Source of the DNA: Archangiaceae bacterium
Lineage (GTDB): Bacteria; Myxococcota; Myxococcia; Myxococcales; Myxococcaceae
Assembly: GCA_043750125.1 (NCBI GenBank)
Contig: JAYVCD010000248.1
Location: 1-10,508, forward strand
DNA: 10,508 bases
Direction of reading: 5' to 3'
In this document: one piece after another, positions 7,879 to 10,508 of the stretch
How positions within the stretch are numbered: position 1 is the stretch's first letter
Layout of the letters: each line of letters begins with the position of its first letter
Translations under genes and position numbers: made by a program
Notes under the pieces: generated by a model
The model's database searches: none
The model's input: the letters and a program-made list of their open reading frames with translations, nothing else
What the model was told of the DNA's origin: nothing

Positions 7879-7911
7879 AGGGCGCTCGAGAGTGAAGAAG
7901 GGCTTGAGAGA

Positions 7912-7919
7912 GTATCGGC
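7912..7919 (-). promoter_or_regulatory. Candidate sigma28/FliA-type -10 element (GCCGATAC)
   Basis: 7/8 match to the GCCGATAA consensus, 33 nt upstream of TTG 7878. There is no canonical TAAA -35 at 15-nt spacing; TCAC lies 13 nt upstream. Confidence 0.4.
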
Positions 7920-8009
7920 AAGGCACCTGGAGGTGACAGGTCACGAATTGTCAAAGGAGCTGACGAACCTGCCTTGAATGGCAGCGGTCCCGAAGGGCAC
8001 CATCGCGCC

Positions 8010-10034
8010 ATGAACTTGCGACTGGTGGGGCTGTTCGTGCTTCTTGGGGGTTGCGGCGGGCCCATCATCAGTCTTGCCGACAGCGGTTCGGGAGGTGGAA
8101 ACGGCAGCGGAGGAGGAGGAGGAGGAGGAGGCGGCGGCGGCGAAATCGACGGGGGTCTGGATCCCGATGGCGGAGTGCTTCCCGATGGGGGGTTGCCTCT
8201 GCTGGGGCCGCTGACGTTCCGGCACGTGGTCGCCTCGATGCACGGTCTGGCAGGTCAGAACCCGGGAGACGCGGTGATCGAGGCCTCGGGGCGGGTGGTG
8301 TCGTTTCCCGCTGTGACGACCCCGACCCTCTCGGCATTGACGACCGTACGGTTGGTCGATGGAGGCACGCTGCTGTCCGATGGCGGCTACCAGGCGTTCG
8401 TCGAAGCAATCCCCGTCGCGGGGCCGGTCCGTTCCGGTCGACAGATGGCCAGCTGCTACGACCCGGGAAGCGGGAGGCATGTGGCCGTGCTGCTCGGCCA
8501 AAATCCCGACAAGTACGAAGTGGGCTCGTTCGTGATCGTCAACGGGAAGGCGCAGTTCAGCAGTTGGAACGCGGTGAATGCTCCTGCGGTGCAAGGGGCG
8601 GCGGTGACGGCGATCTACCCCGCCGGGGCCGACACCTTCTCGGTCTACAAGGGCAATGAGCTGATTCCGCTGACGCTCTCGGGCGGCAACGCGACGTGGG
8701 GAACGGCTGCGACGTTCGTCGGGGCTGCACCGCCCGTGACCGCCTTCGATTCTTCCGGGGGTCGGCTGATTGGCCTGGGGGAATACATCGGCCCGCTACC
8801 CATTACTTTTCGCCACTCGTTGTTCTCGCGGGCCGCGGTGAGCGCGGGCGCGTGGGCTCCGATTGCGATGACCGGGGAGATGCCGCCCGACATCACCGGG
8901 CCGCTGGCGACGCTCTCCAAGCCGTGGATCGCGTGGGAAGGGTCGGCCCAGAAGCTGACCGTCGTTCAATACCACCCGGTTGTTTTGCCCAACGGGATGA
9001 TGGGAATAACGCAGGGTTTGTGGACGGCAGATCTGGGCACCCACCAGTGGAAGAAGGTGATGGACCTGGGCTCGAGCGTGATCGGCTCGCAGCCGTATGC
9101 GATCGATGAAGTGCTTCACCGGGCGTTCAGCCTGAGCCAGACCGGCTTCACCACGATGTCGCTCAAGGCGGGCAGCGAGGGGACAGGCGGGTCGGTTCCC
9201 ACCCAAGGCCCGCTGCGGATCGGCACGGTCCAGGGCGCGGTTGGACTTCCCGATGGACGCATGGTCGCCAGCACCTTGAGCCAGCTGTGGGCGATGAACC
9301 CGGCGACGGACCTGGTGTGGCACTTGTTTGCCAACCTGCCGGCCCAGGTGCGTGGCCACTCGCTGTCTTTCGATCCGGTGACGCAGAAGGTGTACGTGTT
9401 TGGCGGCGCCTCGAAGGTCTGGGAAGTCACGCTGGCGGGTGTGGTGAACGAGCTGGTGACGACCGGCGGACCGACGGGACCGCGCGAGGCGCACGGAGCG
9501 GCGGCGATCGACGGTGTCTTGTATGTGGCGGGAGGCACGACCAACTGGAACGTCGGCGGCGAGCTCGATGATGTCTGGGCGCTCGACTTGAGCACCCGGG
9601 CGTGGCGCAAGCTGGGGACGATGGCGGCGAAGCGGCTGCGGCCCGCGGTGCGAATCAACGGAGCCGAGCTGTGGGTGGTGGGCGGCGCTCGGGTTCAAGG
9701 CAGCTCTTCGGTCGGTGAGTCGACGATTGTCGCGTTCGATCGCCAAAGCGGAGCCCAGCGCACGGTGGCGGTGAGCGGCGCCTGGCCTCCGCGCGGAGGC
9801 TACTTCTGGAGCTGGGCTCCCCTGGGCGAAGGCATCGTGGCCATCGACTCGGGAGACACGGTCGACAACTCGACGAATCAGCTGTGGACTCTCGATGTGC
9901 TGGGGGCCGACGTGAAGTGGATCAACAGCGATCCGGCAGCGTCGGATTACGCGTTCTACAGCCAGGTCGGCGCGTCGGCAGATCGCCGGACTGCGTACTT
10001 CCTGGGCGACGACGTGTGGGAGCTGAAGCGGTAG
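8010..10034 (+). CDS. Kelch-repeat / beta-propeller lipoprotein
   Basis: ATG 8010 gives MNLRLVGLFVLLGG-C (lipobox, Cys15), then a poly-Gly linker and DGG repeats, then a beta-rich body. C-terminal kelch units: GHSLSFDPVTQKVYVFGG, REAHGAAAIDGVLYVAGG...DDVWALDLSTRAWRKLGTM, and GAELWVVGG. Confidence 0.85.
   Translation: MNLRLVGLFVLLGGCGGPIISLADSGSGGGNGSGGGGGGGGGGGEIDGGLDPDGGVLPDGGLPLLGPLTFRHVVASMHGLAGQNPGDAVIEASGRVVSFPAVTTPTLSALTTVRLVDGGTLLSDGGYQAFVEAIPVAGPVRSGRQMASCYDPGSGRHVAVLLGQNPDKYEVGSFVIVNGKAQFSSWNAVNAPAVQGAAVTAIYPAGADTFSVYKGNELIPLTLSGGNATWGTAATFVGAAPPVTAFDSSGGRLIGLGEYIGPLPITFRHSLFSRAAVSAGAWAPIAMTGEMPPDITGPLATLSKPWIAWEGSAQKLTVVQYHPVVLPNGMMGITQGLWTADLGTHQWKKVMDLGSSVIGSQPYAIDEVLHRAFSLSQTGFTTMSLKAGSEGTGGSVPTQGPLRIGTVQGAVGLPDGRMVASTLSQLWAMNPATDLVWHLFANLPAQVRGHSLSFDPVTQKVYVFGGASKVWEVTLAGVVNELVTTGGPTGPREAHGAAAIDGVLYVAGGTTNWNVGGELDDVWALDLSTRAWRKLGTMAAKRLRPAVRINGAELWVVGGARVQGSSSVGESTIVAFDRQSGAQRTVAVSGAWPPRGGYFWSWAPLGEGIVAIDSGDTVDNSTNQLWTLDVLGADVKWINSDPAASDYAFYSQVGASADRRTAYFLGDDVWELKR
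8109..8141 (+). repeat. Trinucleotide repeat (GGA)7(GGC)4 encoding an 11-Gly linker
   Basis: Read directly from the sequence; in frame within the kelch lipoprotein. Confidence 0.95.
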
Positions 10035-10255
10035 TCAGCGTCGGCCACACGCAGCGGAAAGACTGCCAAGCCGGTGGCACGCAGCAGACATTGGCCGTTT
10101 GCAGCCGTCGGCCTGCCCGAGAGGTGAGCGCGACGCTCCTGAAAAGCTTTCCTGATGCTTCGAGCAGTCTGATTGACCGGACTTTCTATAGTTTGAAACG
10201 GCTCGCCTTTCGCCTATGAGCGCGAACGTTTTCTCTTTCTGTTCTGGAGCCTCCT

Positions 10256-10508
10256 ATGCGTCGTCCTATGTATTTGTGGTTGTCCACAGCGGCCTGCGTC
10301 ACCCTGCTGTCTGCGTGCGGTGGAATGCCTCAGACGACGTGCACCACCGCGGCACAGTGCAAAGCTGGGCAGATCTGCACCAACGGTGTGTGCCAGACCG
10401 TCGGCGGCACCGGCGGCGGAGTGGGAACGGGCGGCGGAGTGGGAACGGGCGGCGGAATGGGAACGGGCGGCGGAGTCGGGACGGGCGGCGGAGTCGGGAC
10501 GGGCGGCG
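10256..10508 (+). CDS. 3'-truncated lipoprotein with a Cys-rich motif and a Gly/Thr repeat linker (not in the ORF track)
   Basis: GGAG RBS at 10246-10249 and ATG at 10256. Manual translation: MRRPMYLWLSTAACVTLLSA-CGGMPQTTCTTAAQCKAGQICTNGVCQTVGGT(GGG[VM]GT)5GG... Lipobox LSAC (Cys21) and a C-x5-C-x5-C-x4-C motif. The frame stays open to the window edge. Confidence 0.9.
   Translation, partial: MRRPMYLWLSTAACVTLLSACGGMPQTTCTTAAQCKAGQICTNGVCQTVGGTGGGVGTGGGVGTGGGMGTGGGVGTGGGVGTGG
10412..10508 (+). repeat. 18-bp in-frame tandem repeat GGCGGCGGA(G/A)T(G/C)GG(A/G)ACG, at least 5 copies, encoding GGG[VM]GT
   Basis: Units start at 10412, 10430, 10448, 10466 and 10484; a partial sixth unit from 10502 runs off the window. 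Confidence 0.95.

Noticed and set aside
7879-8009. ORF-track starts at 7944 (-) and 7974 (+)
   Set aside because: These extensions would fill the divergent promoter region. ATG 8010 gives a clean lipoprotein signal, and TTG 7878 lies downstream of the candidate promoter.
10075-10090. Sigma54 promoter at TGGCACG
   Set aside because: The -24 element is perfect, but the -12 position reads AC instead of GC (GG-N10-AC).
10043-10140. Cyclic-dinucleotide (GEMM-I) riboswitch
   Set aside because: Only a loose resemblance (GAAA-containing loop, GCAGCC...GGCCT). The GGCAAACC...GGGACGCAAAGC core is absent.
10173-10192. Sigma70 promoter TTGACC...TATAGT
   Set aside because: The spacer is only 8 nt, against ~17 required.
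10412-10508. CRISPR array
   Set aside because: Head-to-tail 18-bp units without spacers, in frame within a coding sequence.

Overview
GC-rich bacterial window with a myxobacterial (Myxococcota-like) look, inferred from Gly-linker/DGG lipoproteins, a Cys-rich lipoprotein motif and a soluble hybrid kinase. It has three blocks. (1) On the + strand, 1-1768 is a sulfur module: a left-truncated ORF fuses the C-terminus of a class-V PLP cysteine-desulfurase-like enzyme (catalytic-loop motif RNGRFCAH) to a complete ETHE1-type persulfide dioxygenase, and its stop overlaps the start of a TauE/SafE sulfite-exporter-family gene. (2) On the - strand, 7878-1830 is a tightly packed run of five genes: a ~760-aa helical protein with Gly/Ala hydrophobic helices (translocator/pore-former-like, preceded by a sigma28-like GCCGATAC), a CX5R phosphatase with a helical N-terminal extension, a GT-C (PIG-V-like) membrane mannosyltransferase, a STAS/SEC14-like small protein, and a coupled membrane-less HAMP-like/HisKA/HATPase/REC hybrid kinase. 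(3) On the + strand, 8010-10508 holds a kelch/beta-propeller lipoprotein and the 5' end of a second lipoprotein, missing from the ORF track, with a Cys-rich motif and an 18-bp tandem repeat. No RNA genes, CRISPR arrays or mobile elements were recognised. The best novelty candidate is the desulfurase-PDO fusion plus TauE, a possible cysteine -> persulfide -> sulfite -> export pathway. All assignments come from reading motifs by eye; no searches were run.
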